Shown here: one piece after another, positions 41,225-55,811 of the stretch
Position numbering within the stretch: the first letter of the stretch is position 1
How the letters are laid out: each line of letters starts with the position of its first letter
Assembly: GCA_000320545.1 (NCBI GenBank)
Contig: ADNK01001162.1
Span: 40,922-104,921, forward strand
Length of the DNA: 64,000 bases
From: Bigelowiella natans CCMP2755
Lineage: Eukaryota > Protista > Cercozoa
Direction: 5' to 3'
Program-made: the position numbers and the translations under genes
The notes under the pieces: model-generated
Seen by the model: the letters and a program-made list of their open reading frames with translations, nothing else
Databases searched by the model: none
Told to the model about the DNA's origin: nothing

Positions 41225-42395
41225 GTGCTGACACTGAGGCATCGTGTGCATTCGATCCGGTTTCTGGTGAAGAACTCCATGTTGTTCAACTCCTAATTTC
41301 AAAGGAGCAAGTTCCATCACAGCGATTCAGCAATTGCACACATGCACACGTGCACACACACACACACACACATACACATGTGTGTGTGTGTGTGTGTCAG
41401 GGCAGATTTGCTTGTTTTTGTGCTCACGGCGAAGCAAAGTGTGATGAAAGACCACACAGATGTAGTTTTTGCACGTGCGCGTCAAAACTCATGCTGACAT
41501 GGCACATCGCATGAGCATGCTCCAACAACAAGTGCTTGCCATGGCAATGAATTGAACACAAACAAAATCATCAGGCATGCTGGCATGCCAGCATGGCGCA
41601 GCGACAGCACGCACAGACATCTCCGTCGGCACATGTGATGAGTCTGAAAATCTGCAAATTGGCGAATCCATCACCACTTTTGGTTCCTGTCAATTGCATG
41701 TCATTGGATTGCCGCAGTCTGGACAACTCTAGAACTGATCTGGCTGGCGCACCATCCATCAAACAATTTGTCCGTGTTTTGTTCTAGTGTTTCGCACGCA
41801 GCGTGATTTGCATGATGCTGAAAGGGTGTCATGTTTGCAGCTGCAAACCTCAGCTCGTGTCGCAGCTGGCTAGCTGGTAGCACTCACACGCTGGCGCATG
41901 ACGCAATGTGCAGTGATGTCATTGCAACACGCACGTGCACGGCACGCGGCGCGGCGATGTTGTTCCCGCGACAAGCTGGCAAGCTCTCCAGCTCTGATTT
42001 CGCACAGCTAGACAGCCTCCGATGATGAGGTGTACAGGAGTGCGACAATCAACGTGCTGTGCAGAGCCATGCACGCATGCACATTGACCTCTGCACTTTC
42101 CTCAAACTTCATGACCCCACCGTGCATCACGTCGATGCTCGCCCATGGCGACACATGCATGCATCCCACGTTTTCAACACGCTTGCTGTGATCATGGCAC
42201 GTGATGAATTGTGAATGGGACAAACGTTGTGCACTCAGAAGCAATGCATTGTCGCCATTGAAAAGACAAAACAAGAAACGATGAAAAAACTAACTTTTGA
42301 CAAACAATGTTTCACATGGCGGTGACAAACGCACACACGGCAATCCATGCCTGCAGAGAATCCAAGCCAATTTGATGAAAATGCGAAGAAATGGA
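41225..42395. other. TpA-depleted, CTAG-retaining intergenic tract 3
   Basis: About 1170 bp between convergent genes with only about 6 non-CTAG TA (CTAA x2, GTAG x2, ATAC, GTAC). It ends at the oxoprolinase stop codon. Confidence 0.9.
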
Positions 42396-43900
42396 TTATT
42401 TCTTCCCGTATCCACCACCTCCCGGAGTTTCGATTTTGAACAAATCTCCTGGGTTCATGTCAATTTCAGCACGGTGACCCAATCCAACAACCTAACAACA
42501 TGAACATCATTGGTGAATCATGATCACAGAAGAAGAAAGGATTTGATTGCAATGGGAAGACCGGCCATTAATGCTCATCTCCATTTGTTGATTCAGAGAT
42601 TTAAAATCTCATGCATTGTTGCATTGTTTATTATGTATCCGCTGATAATTACCTCCCCGTCTGCTTTGATTAGTGTATTTCGTCCTAATGCCCCATCTTC
42701 GCCTCCCTCCAACCCAAATGGTGGGACCTTATCACATGTTTTCATTGGAGAATAAAAGAAGAAGAAGATTCTAAGATATCACGCTGTTGATCACAATGCA
42801 AACAACTCCAAGTCAATTCAAGTATGGTGTTGATTCGGTGCAATGTGTTTTCGTTTATGCGAGACTGACGCCATTATATGTATTTATGGAGACACACGCC
42901 TGACCACTCTGTGGTTTGATAGGATACTGGCGGTCATTGGTTCGAGGAATCGAATCTACAACAACAACAACGACAACAACAATAACAACAACAACAACAA
43001 CAACACATATGATGGTTTTGAATATTGCTTGAGGAGGAAGAATATATTGTTGTTGTGGGGAAAAAGTAAAAATACATGTAATAGAAGATTAGGTAACAAG
43101 AGGGATATCGAGGTTAAAGCTTGTTGCATGTTTTATGTATTACAGCTCGAGTAATTCCGTCACCCCCATGATACTTGCCTTCTCCTAATCATTCATTCCA
43201 CGTCGAGGAAGGAAAAGGAGTAGCGGTAGTAATAGGAAATAAGACGCAATAGTTACGTGAGAAATTGAATCATAATGATTTCAATTATTGTAATGTAATG
43301 TAAGTCCCGGAAAAACGCAAGGAGGGGCATCGTTTAGAGCGATATACGAGGTTGATCAGATCGATCTTTTTTTCGTTCAATGGTGATGATAATGCAGATG
43401 ATAATGATGGTGATAGTGACGATGAAAACAAATGATGCAGCTGATTATAGGAAGAAATATTAAGATGATATGACTATTAGTCTGTGCTATACAGCAGTGG
43501 GACTATCAGTCACTACTATTTCTCTTATATTATCGTCGTTGACCCACAACTAGTACTACTACTACTACTACTACTACTACTATTACTACTATTACTACCT
43601 CCAGATCCTTTCCGTATTTCAAATTGCTCCAAACGCACAGGATATCTACAGCATAATAGTAATAACAAGAAAGATCAATAATCATCACCACAACGATGGT
43701 GGCGATGATATGCTTCCAACAAAATGATCTTCTGCTGCTGCTACTACTGCTGCGTGAAAAAAGCAAAGTGGTATGTCGCTACTACTACCGTGTTTCAAGG
43801 ATTTCTGGGTCGGTAAGACGGGTATTCGTCATATGAGTATGAACAGCGTGACATCTACAAACACCACACATATAAAATTAACACTGTCTTCTTCATCGTC

Positions 43901-43934
<34 letters not shown>

Positions 43935-44943
43935 CAAAAGATAATGAATCTCATGGTGATGACGGTCACAGTAACATGTATCATCAAATCACTACCGATT
44001 TTGTAAGTTAAAACAATTTTTTGCAGGATAGATCGACAAGTTGGCATTGATTACATCAAGAATGAAGAGCAAACACCCGCACACTCACCCATTGAAGGAT
44101 GGGCCTGCTCCGGCACCGCCGCATATCGTCTCGTAGTAGCCATCCGATTCATTACCAAATGTGAAATTGTTCATCGTTCCTTGACACCCAGCTAGTTTTT
44201 TTAATGCTCCGTATAACGTATCAGTGATTGTTTGAGAAACCTAGTACAGCATTCATTGATTCATGTTGGTTGATGTAGACCTTGCTTTCATCATCATCAT
44301 CATCATCGTTGTCGTCATCGTCGTCATCATAATCAATTCTATGTGTTTGAGATTATTAATAAAGAGTGTTTAACAACGTTCATAGGTTCATACTACTACT
44401 ACTACTACTACTACTACTGCTACTACTACCTCCACATTGCCCGCTACAACTGCTGCTGGAGGCCGAGGATTTACCATTGAATTCTTATCAGTAGTAATGT
44501 GTAATTAACAACGAGAGATGACGATGATGATGAAGAAGAAGAAGAAGATGATGATAAATGATGATAAATGACATATCGGAATGTTAGGCTTGTGGTTGCT
44601 GCTATCGTTTGTTGTAGTTGATGAATGATGAAATAAGTTATTAAATATGATAATAATGATAATACCTCAGGAAGTATAATCTTTAGTGGCTTCATACAGC
44701 CCTGACGATTATGATGATGGTTAATTTTTTTGTGATTATTTGATGATGATGATGATGAGTAGGAATAGGAGGAGGAGGAGGAGGAGGAGGAGGAGGAGGA
44801 GAGTAATAAATAATAGTACCGAGTTGAGGGGTATGGCTTGATCAACAAGGGTCCGGAAAACATATAAACAAGCCGACTGTGTGCACGCATAATATATATT
44901 ATAAACATTATGTTTGTATGGTGAGTAGTGACTTGTAGTAGTG

Positions 44944-44976
<33 letters not shown>

Positions 44977-45485
44977 ATTATGTGAACTTCTACTCTTGTT
45001 AGAAATAGTATTATTATTATTGTTGTTATTGTCGTTATTATGTGATTATTATGTGTTAGGGTTAGGTGTTAGCAAATGATCAACTCTTGCTATGGCGGTT
45101 GGGGCATTGAAGTTGTTCTTCTGCTGTGGATCGGTTCCAGTGAAATCAATTATAGCACTCCTACATACAACACCAACAAACTACAGTGTGAATTATCAAT
45201 CATACCATTCCTCCATGCAGGAGCAATGGTGATAAATAGAGAAGATAATCTATATGCCGGTGACTGCTGTTAGATACCTCTCTTTCTTATCGATTGATAC
45301 GTTGACTCTGACCTATTATTACCATCATTATCACAATAACCATCCATTCTTGTTATCATCAGAAAGCAATATCAATCATCATCATTATCATCGAACAACT
45401 AAGCAACAGCTTCTCATAAAACTGCTGTTTTGCTTATTATTATTATGTACATGTTTCCTCCTCCAACAACATCATCATAATCTTT

Positions 45486-45518
<33 letters not shown>

Positions 45519-46467
45519 CAGGAGGAGGAGGAGGAGGAGGGAGGGGAAGAGAACTTCACCGTGCATCCATCGTCCATTTCATATGCAAATGATCCTGGCT
45601 CCAAAGCATCGATAACCTTATTTATTGTTATTATTATTATTATTATTATTATCATTATTTTTAATCTATTGTTCATGACGACAGCTCTCATCAGATCAAC
45701 CATGTTTCGAGAAAAGAAGTCAGAGGACAATTAAAAACATATATGGTGAATTCAGGTACTACAACAGAATGGATTGAGCACCTTTCTAACCATTTCCTCT
45801 GCGTTTTCTTGCACGTACCTAATGTTGGTTTTGACACAAACAACAACCATCCTGATCACTATCATCATACAAATGAGAACGCCTACTATTCAAACATCTG
45901 TCGCCATCTTCTCACAATAGATTGTTTGCGTGTGTGCGCGTGTATGTGTGTGTGTGTGGGTCAATGTCTTTGTTGTTGTTGTTTTTCTTCTTCATTGTTG
46001 TCGCTAACGCATCATTATTATTACTGCATATATTTCTCCACCACAGGCAGCGTGAACTGTCGGACCATCTAGTAGTAGTAGTAGTAGCGATTATGATGAT
46101 GATGATGATGTTTAACCAAAACAAAGTAATGATAGATGATGATGACGATGATGATGTTGATGACAACAACAATATGGGAGGGAAACGGATATTGAGAGTG
46201 TTATCGGTGTATTACTACTACTACTACTACTACCGCTACTATTACTACATTGAAAAGTAGTTCATTACGAAATTACTGGTACAAACTACTCCTACTTGCA
46301 TATGGCTATCATTGGATGTATCACAGAAGTGGAGAAGGAAGAAGAAGAATAAGAAGTAGCAAGATACTTGTTTTACTCATTCATTGCACCTTGTGAATTT
46401 CGTGGATGCCTTGTTCGTTAGCAGCTATCTGAGCTCTAATTGATAGGAGGAGAAAGAGATCATCATT

Positions 46468-46504
<37 letters not shown>

Positions 46505-46673
46505 CAGGAGCAGCATGTGTGGTTGATGTTTGGTGGTGTTATTATTCAGGAAGAAGACGCAATCTCTCCATGAATAACTCTCTTTCTTTGGTAATAACAT
46601 AACAACAATACCTGAGATCAGATAAGTTCATCTCTACGTTCCGAGTTGGGTATTTTCCTGGTAGTAGCAGTAG

Positions 46674-46718
<45 letters not shown>

Positions 46719-46878
46719 GAGGAGGAGGAGGAGGAGGAGGAGGAGGAGGAGGGAGGAAATGGTGATGACGATGATGATGACTACTATGCTATGAATTTGT
46801 TAAATGCGTTAAATGTTTTACTCATCCTTCTTTTTAATATTCTTCTACTTCTTTTCTCTCTCTCGGTCTCTCTCACAT

Positions 46879-46922
<44 letters not shown>

Positions 46923-47259
46923 AGCACCATGCATAATTACCCTCCGTGAGTAGCTGCACAATTTCCTTCTCTCGGAACCTAAGAGAGATAAAGACAGTTG
47001 AAAGCAGAGAAGTGATGATGTGTTTTTGCAGCTTTCTCTCCAAAGGGAGGTAATGATCACGAGAGCTTCACTTTACATTCCTCTATCCACAAGATGAAAA
47101 TTATCAATAAGAACTCCTTCCTGATTGTTGAATGATAAGCATACAATTATAATGCCAATGATGATTTATACATCATAACGATGATTCTAGTTATTATAAC
47201 CCCACGTACCTCTTCAATGTCCGTACTAAATGGAGGGACAGAACCAGGTGTGATACCTT

Positions 47260-47300
<41 letters not shown>

Positions 47301-47736
47301 ATATATTATTTTATAATGAAGTAGCTAAAAATTTGGTAATAACATAGGTTTGATGCCGGTAAGGATAAGTACAAAAAGAAGGCCAATCCCCTCTCCGTAA
47401 ATGAACATAATATCAATAAATTAATATGCAATCTGTAATAAAACATAGATACCACCTCCACCACCTCCTGCAATATCATCAGTGTTATTAGTACCATATT
47501 GTTACTATTGTTTTTATTTCTTGATTCATTAGCATATCCATACTACCCACCCCCAATTTCCTGGTGATGGCCTCTGGAGGCCACAAAGAACAATGGAGCA
47601 GCTTCATTACTACTCTCTGACATAATTGTTTTAAAATCATCATCATCATCATCATTCGTTATTCACTCCTCGTTCTCCATCCCAATAATTTAGGGAAATA
47701 ATAATGGTAATAATAATAGTAATAATGATAATAATG

Positions 47737-47769
<33 letters not shown>

Positions 47770-48469
47770 GGGGCTGTACTCACACTATCAGCCTCTCTTC
47801 TAACACATCATACCGTTTGAGACTACCACTTATGTTATTTCATCATACTACTACTACTAGTAGTACTACTACCAGGTTGTGAGTAAGCTTCTTCAGCAAA
47901 CACGGGGGTTATGACAGTGACGTCAGGTATATGTGTCCTTTGATGATTATGGTGATGGTGATGATGATGATGATGGATGATATATATAAGACAATGATAT
48001 GAGGTAGAAATATTGTATGGTGTGTTGATGATGATAAAAAGACTTATTTCTTCTGTTTTTTACCCGCCATCATAGGGATTGTTCATTACGAATACATCCC
48101 CTGGGTGCATTGTGCCCTGAGATCATAACAAAGAGACGAGGAGAAGGAAGAACAGGAAGATAGTATACGTCATTATAGTAAACATGTTACTCTCTTCTTG
48201 GAGACGATTGATCGATGATTAGTGTGCCCTTCTTCTATCGTTTGAATGAGTGAGAAATAGCACCTTTCTATTACGAAGTATACTTTGAATTGACTCTGAC
48301 ATGGAACCCTTGGATGGATGGATGGATGGGGTCAGGATGAGTCATGCAAGAATGAAAGAGATGATGATTTGACGAGAGCAACAAGATTAAGAGATAAATC
48401 AACGATGTTACAATTGCACGATCACGATGATCATGAATGAGAATACTTCATCATCATCATCATAACAGT

Positions 48470-48504
<35 letters not shown>

Positions 48505-49072
48505 CCAAATGGACCGGCACATGAGGTGCGTTTGCAATTAAATTTCCTATGGTGTGATGAATAATATTTTTCATCATACGAATTTGTATCGTCTCTGCAT
48601 ATATTATATTGTCGGTCTGCGAATAAATCATGCTTAGTAGCAGCACTAAATAATAGCATCTCTGTGTTGTTCGTCTTTAGGTAGTATTTGCGTTATTCTA
48701 TCAACAAGGAAAGAGGGAGAGAGGGGGGGAGGGGGGGGGGGGGTCGATCACCTTCTGAGTCAAATAGTGCACAACTGAAGTCCAGTCGCTCCTGCATCAT
48801 CGACATTAAATATGATCACGATGATCATGGTGATGATGATGATGATGATGATGATGAAGATACCATACCACCATCAAAGCGAAGTGAAAACAAATGTACA
48901 AAATTAGTAGTTGCCAAGCTTCTTCTTCTTCTTCTTCTTCTTCTTCTTCTTCTTCTTCATGATCATTATGTCGGTCGGTCATTGCACCATTTCCATGATC
49001 TTCTTCTCTAAATGATGAGAAAGAAGAACCTTTATATTCACAGAATGGGATACATTCTCCAAGGTAGCACCT

Positions 49073-49120
<48 letters not shown>

Positions 49121-49665
49121 GAGAGAGAGAAATAGAGAGCATGAGTGCATGAGTGAGCAACTATGCGATGTATTAGTCTCATAAGGATGTAGTAGTCTTA
49201 TAAGGGATGTTTGCAAGACAGGAAGGAGCGCTGCTTTCACTATAGGAGCATTGAAATAAAGAAACAAGTGCAACAACAACAACAACAACAATTACTACTA
49301 CTCACTACTTGTTCAATACCCTCCATCACTATATTATTATTCTTACATGTTATAAATTACAATATACTACCCATTTGTTCAGCTACACTCATGAATAGGT
49401 TGTTGAAGATTTCCAACTGGAAAAAAACATAAAAGGGAGGAGGATGATGTGTAAAATGATGATGATGATGGTGATGATTCCTCTCCCTTTTCTTGTTCTT
49501 CTCTTCGCAGATGTTTGTTGTTTTTATACATAGTTACCATAATCGGATCACATGTTTCAGTTCCAATGGCTGCTGCTCTTTCTTTCTCTTTGGTTCTCTG
49601 TTAGAGGTGGAAGTAGTAGCAGCAGCAGCAGCAGTAGAAGTAGCAGTACATAAAGTATTTAAAAA

Positions 49666-49706
<41 letters not shown>

Positions 49707-50019
49707 TTATCGTGAGCCATATAGCAGTAGTTTTGAAGTAACAAAACCATACTACTACTACTCACCACTGCTACTACCACTACTACTACTACTACTACTA
49801 CACGGCTGAATCAGCGAGGAGGAAATAGTGCACAACAATAAGTAATCACAGCACCATTTTATGTACTAATACTACTACTGCTGCTACCGTTAGAATCAGG
49901 GATTGCTGCTCCGTGAGTGTTGCCTAATGGTTATTTATTTATTATCACATCCATCGATCAATAACAAGATTCTCTTCAGGAAATGCGTCACAGCGGATTG
50001 GAGGAAACAAATGAAACAT

Positions 50020-50053
<34 letters not shown>

Positions 50054-51202
50054 AATCAGTAACATCAGCATCATTATAAAAGCTACGAAGGAGAAGAAGA
50101 ACAAGAGCGAGGAGTCAATAATGTAGGAAGTGGCAGGTGCCAGCAACAGAGCTATATTTGTACTTGCTTACGGTATTGCTGGTACTACAACTAACTACTA
50201 CTACTACTGCTACTACTTATACTACTGCTACTACTACTTTCGCGATGACTTCAACAACAACAAGAAGAAGAAGAAGAAGAAGAAATTCTCTATTAATGAT
50301 GAGTATTACTTTCCATTCTGGTTCTATAATGATAGTTGAGTTAGGTTCGGTTATAATAGCAGGTCCTGTGTTGTAGAAGGGATGATGATGGTGATGATGA
50401 TGATGACGACGATGAGGAGGAGGAGGAGGAGAAGGAGGAGGAGGAGGAGACGGCTTAAGAACATAGAAGGATATAAACATGAGTAGTAAGAACTAACAGG
50501 ATGACCAAAAACACGTACAGCAATTGACACCTCCTCCTCACCACCATTACTGCAACTACTACTACTACTACTTCCGTATTTACTCTCCTTTGAGGTAGTT
50601 GTTGTTGTAGTAGTAGTAGTAGTAGCAGCAGCAGTAGCATGGAAATAGTAAGAAGCACGTCACAGACAAATATTCTCCTTGCTGTTTTATTCTCTTCCTC
50701 TTCTTCCTCTTTCCTCTTCTTTATCATGATCATGATCATTACTCACAGCTCACCTAGCACTTCGTCTCCAGTCTTTAGGCTAGAAATAGAGAAAATACTC
50801 ACAGAATTGCACATTTTCCCCTCCATATAAGCTTGGATCTTGAATGAAGTCAGTACAATTGCACAATGATTAATAATATGATTAACACCATTTTTGCTTA
50901 GATAGTTAGTGGGGTAGAGAACGTCGTGTTGCTTTTTTGCTGCAGTCACAACAGTCATGGGAAAACATGAAGTAGACGAATCGAGTGCTTAAAGAGAGCT
51001 ATAGTAGTATCTTTGTTTGGGTATGACATTTAAGAATAGTAACCAAAATAATAACAGCAAAAGTGATGGTGATGACGTTTTCATGTGTTTTGTAGATTAC
51101 TTCTCTATCTGGGACAGGTTGATCAACTTTCTTCCCCACGTTGTTGTTGTTTATGTTGTCCTTGTTGCTTGTGGGGACATTTTCTGATGCGGCTACAGCC
51201 TA

Positions 51203-51233
<31 letters not shown>

Positions 51234-52104
51234 CTGTTATAAACTTACTAGTACTCCTACTACTTCCCACTAAAAGATGCTGCTGCTGATGCTGCTGCGG
51301 CTGCTGGCAGATTAACCAGTAGGAGAAACAAATACGGTGGTGGTTTGAAATATTTTATTCATTCCATTCATGATTGATTGAAAGTATTATCATTATTATT
51401 ATTATTATTAGAAGATGTCTATGATTGGATGGGTGGTATAAATTATGTCATCATCATCATCATCATCATCATTAAAAGCAATATGCTATTACTTCTACGA
51501 CAACAGCCTCGACGACAAGAGGCTTTCCCTCTGCAACGAATCCATACCTGTGTTGTTAGGATGATCAATTTAACAGAATTAAAGACTGTGATTGATTGAT
51601 TGTGATTGAAGGAAGTTATTGATATTGTACATGGATATCATACGAGACAACCAAGCACTTCCAAATGACATATCAAGTCCATCAAGTAGTGAATAACACA
51701 TTTCAATCAACATCACATGCATGCTCCTCCTCCTTTTGTGATGATGATGATGATGATGATAATGAGGAGGAGGAGGAGGAGGAGGAGGGTTAGATGAACA
51801 ATGGGCACATAATACCGTTGTTTATGCTTCTCCTCAAATCGCTTTGTAAGTCTCTGATGGTGGGTTGATAGAGATGTAATGGAAGTAATAGTAATCGTAA
51901 TGGTGACCATGAAAAACATGACGACGAAGGAGGATGGATATTATTGTTGATAACACTTATTTGAAGAGGGGGGTAGAACTGCGTTGCCCTTCCCCATCCT
52001 CATCCTCCTTTTATCTTCCAAAAAAGAAGAATTTGCGTGCTACCCTGCAAGATTATTCGCATCCTTTCTCCAGCAATACCCCCCGCCCCCCTCCCCTTTT
52101 GTGC

Positions 52105-52138
<34 letters not shown>

Positions 52139-52248
52139 CACACCAACGTCGTAGCGTTGTTTCCTTTCTTCTCTTCTTCTTTCTTCTTCTTCTTCTTCTT
52201 CTTCTTCTTCTTCCTCTCTTTTTCCATGATGATGACGATGAAGATGAC

Positions 52249-52282
<34 letters not shown>

Positions 52283-53023
52283 GTTATTGGTATTGCTACT
52301 AATAGTACCTTAACATCCGCTACATAAGGCACCAGCAGAGAGCTATCTGTATTCTTATATCTACAATACACAGTAGTAGTAGTTGTAGTAGTAGCAGTAG
52401 TAATATATGGAATGAATAATTCATAATATTAATGATAGCTAATCCGCACTACTACTAGTAGTAGTAATAACACACATATACATACAGCATGCATACATAC
52501 CGTATATGAACAGATACGTTAACCGCAACAGCTGCTGCTGCTGCTACTGATGATGATGATGCAGTATCGATACCCTATCAGAGAGGGAAAAACAACACAA
52601 AAAGAAGAATAAGTAGAGCTAATGAGAGGAGGCTGCTCGACGATCATGATTATAGCTATGATAAAATATAAGATGGCATCTTGATGGTGTTGGTATTATC
52701 AAGTATGAATGGTTGCTGAATTGTGTTGATATTATCAACTATGAATGGTTGATGCCTGCTCCGAAAGCTCCTTGAGACACTGCTTTGTGAGACCGTCTTG
52801 TACCTTTTTTATTAACAGCAATCAACAAATACAGCATTAGGACAACACGAGAAGATAACAAGAAGAAGAAGAATAAGAAGAAGAAGAAGAAGAAGAAGAA
52901 GGGGAAGAAGAGTACTTTATTTATCGATATTAGCTTTGATGATGATATGCAGACAGTATTCGCGCTAAATACAACTATAATACCACTACTACCACTTAGA
53001 GGGTATGCATCCTCGCAACAACG

Positions 53024-53054
<31 letters not shown>

Positions 53055-53628
53055 TATCATCATTATCACCATATTGTATGAAATGATAAGTAAGATAATA
53101 TAGAGCTATTTGGTGTACTACTTCATACCTACCTTTTTAACATCCTTTAATGCGTGATCGCTCAACTCGCTTTCCACACTTTCCTCACGCATTGCACGAA
53201 TATCAGCTAGACCCTGCAAAATTGTTATCATTATTCTCAATACCCTGCCAGTACGAGAAAGAGAGAAGAGAGGGAGATTTAATATAGCCAACAGTTGACC
53301 AAAACAACTCACAATGAGGCATGCATTTGCCCTTCCGTTGTAGATAGGTAGGTGCATGGTGGAAGAAGAAGAAGATGATGATGATGATGATGATGAAGAA
53401 GAAGAAGAAGAAGATGATGATGATGAAGAAGAAGAAGAAGAAGAAAGGGGCTAGTAACAGCACCAACCATTCCATATGCTGAAAGAACTCCAGCATGCTT
53501 ATGAATAAACACAGTGTTCATCCCTAATGCATCTGCAACTAAACAACAACGACAACAACACCTCCTTTATATCAGCATGTACTCTTCATCAAACTGCAGC
53601 AGCTGCTGCTGCTGCTGATGATGATGAT

Positions 53629-53659
<31 letters not shown>

Positions 53660-53794
53660 TGGTGGTGACAACGCATGGTATGCAGAAGAAAACTTTGAGG
53701 TGGGGCATGTATTCTTTGGTGGTGGCTATTCGTCGTTGTGCTGTTGTCGTTGTGCCGCAATTTATCGTCATCGATGCAACACAAATTCTAACAC

Positions 53795-53825
<31 letters not shown>

Positions 53826-53866
53826 CTTCTTCTTCTCGGCTGTTATCATTTATTGTTATTATTATT

Positions 53867-53905
<39 letters not shown>

Positions 53906-55192
53906 GGAGGAGGAGGAGGAGGAGGAGGAGGAGGAGGAGGAGTACCTAGACAAGCGTGTTGCGCTCCTGCTCCTCCAAAACAACATAGTGCATATCTAAT
54001 GTTCCAACGTATTGATTCAGATATATGGTTATCATCATCAAAAAACAAACACCATTAACATCATCATCATCATCATCGTCATCATAATTAGACACTACTA
54101 CTATCCATAAGAAAACAATAACGACAACGTACTTGGATACATCGTAGCCCCTTCTCACAGAGATATCTTTGATTGCAGTCGCCATATTCTCGACCTAAAA
54201 TGAAAAATAAAAGAAGAAGAAGAAGAAGAAGAAGAAGAAGAAGAAGAAGAAAACGATGCTGATGCTGATGCTGATGCTGATGATAGTGTTTTTAGTATTT
54301 CAATAACTACTACTACTAATACTAATAAATATAATAATAACACCAACAAGCAAGTTCTTTTTCAGAAAGAATAACGATGACAATGAATAACAGTAATGAG
54401 GAGGACAACAATAAAAAACTAACCAACCGCAATGTGTAAGAATCCTTCAGCTACTTCTAAGGCCGTCTGTGAGGATAATAAAGCCACAACAAAGAGAAGG
54501 AAGAAGAAGAAGAAGAAGAAGAAGAAGAAGAAGGTTGACAAGGAAGATTGTAAATAATGAAATATGAACGAATATGATAGAAGTAAAAGAAAGCAGTTGA
54601 AAGAACAAATTGTAAAGCACTTCAAGCAAGCAATAGTCAGCACATATAAATAGATATGATATATCGTAACTCACAACAATTCGCATTTAAAACAATGATA
54701 ATAAGAAGAACCTGCTGCTGCTACTACTACTACTACTACTACTACTACTATTTATACCTTGTTGCTATTTGTAGCTGCATTGATTTCTTTTGTTATTTGT
54801 TCAAACTTCTCCCTCACAATCTGGTATTGATGAGTTCCCCAATCAATAATAAACTATATCGCTCGTTTTAACGGTAATGTCGCCATTTTTATCATCATCA
54901 TCATCATCATCTTCTTCTTCTTCTTCCTCTTCCTCTTCATCTCCTCCCCTAATCCTTGTTTTTTCTCTCTTTCTTTCTCGTCTTCTCACTACTACTCACC
55001 TGATCATCTAGCGGCTGATCAGAATTTGGACCAAATACTTTTGGAAATTCGTCGGCACGTACCTGTGCAAGATGTATACATGCCAACAGGAGGCAGCCAA
55101 CACCGCTCGATAGTTAGTGTCGTTAGCTCTAGCTGTTGTGCAAAGAAAACCTACTACTTCTGCTGCTAAGACATCATGATGGTAATCAATAG

Positions 55193-55224
<32 letters not shown>

Positions 55225-55413
55225 CCGAGTTGATGACAATTACTACAAATCTAAAAAAAAACACATTCATTGGAATGCTCATCAGGAGCAGCAGCAAGTG
55301 TAACATCATCACCAGCACCACCAGCAGCAGCAACAACTCATGACTGACGACTCAATAATCGGTATATGGGAATCATAATTTGAGGAAGAATAGTAGTAGC
55401 TAGGTAGATAACA

Positions 55414-55485
<72 letters not shown>

Positions 55486-55771
55486 TAGTAGTGGTAGTAT
55501 ATCTATCACTCCTTTCCCAGCAAAACGTTGCAGTCGGTGCCACCGGGACCCCCCCCCCAACGAGCGCATCGACGCCCTAGAACCCCCAGTAGAGAATAGT
55601 AATAAGAAGAATAAGGATCCTCATCCTCATCATCATCATCATCATCATCCATCCTCATGATCAGAGAAAAGAGAGGACACCCTGCTGCCACCGCTGTTAC
55701 TTGTGCTATTCATGTTACTTACCCATCATCGGTATATTAAATCAAATATGACTCACACCGTACTCCGATTA

Positions 55772-55811
<40 letters not shown>

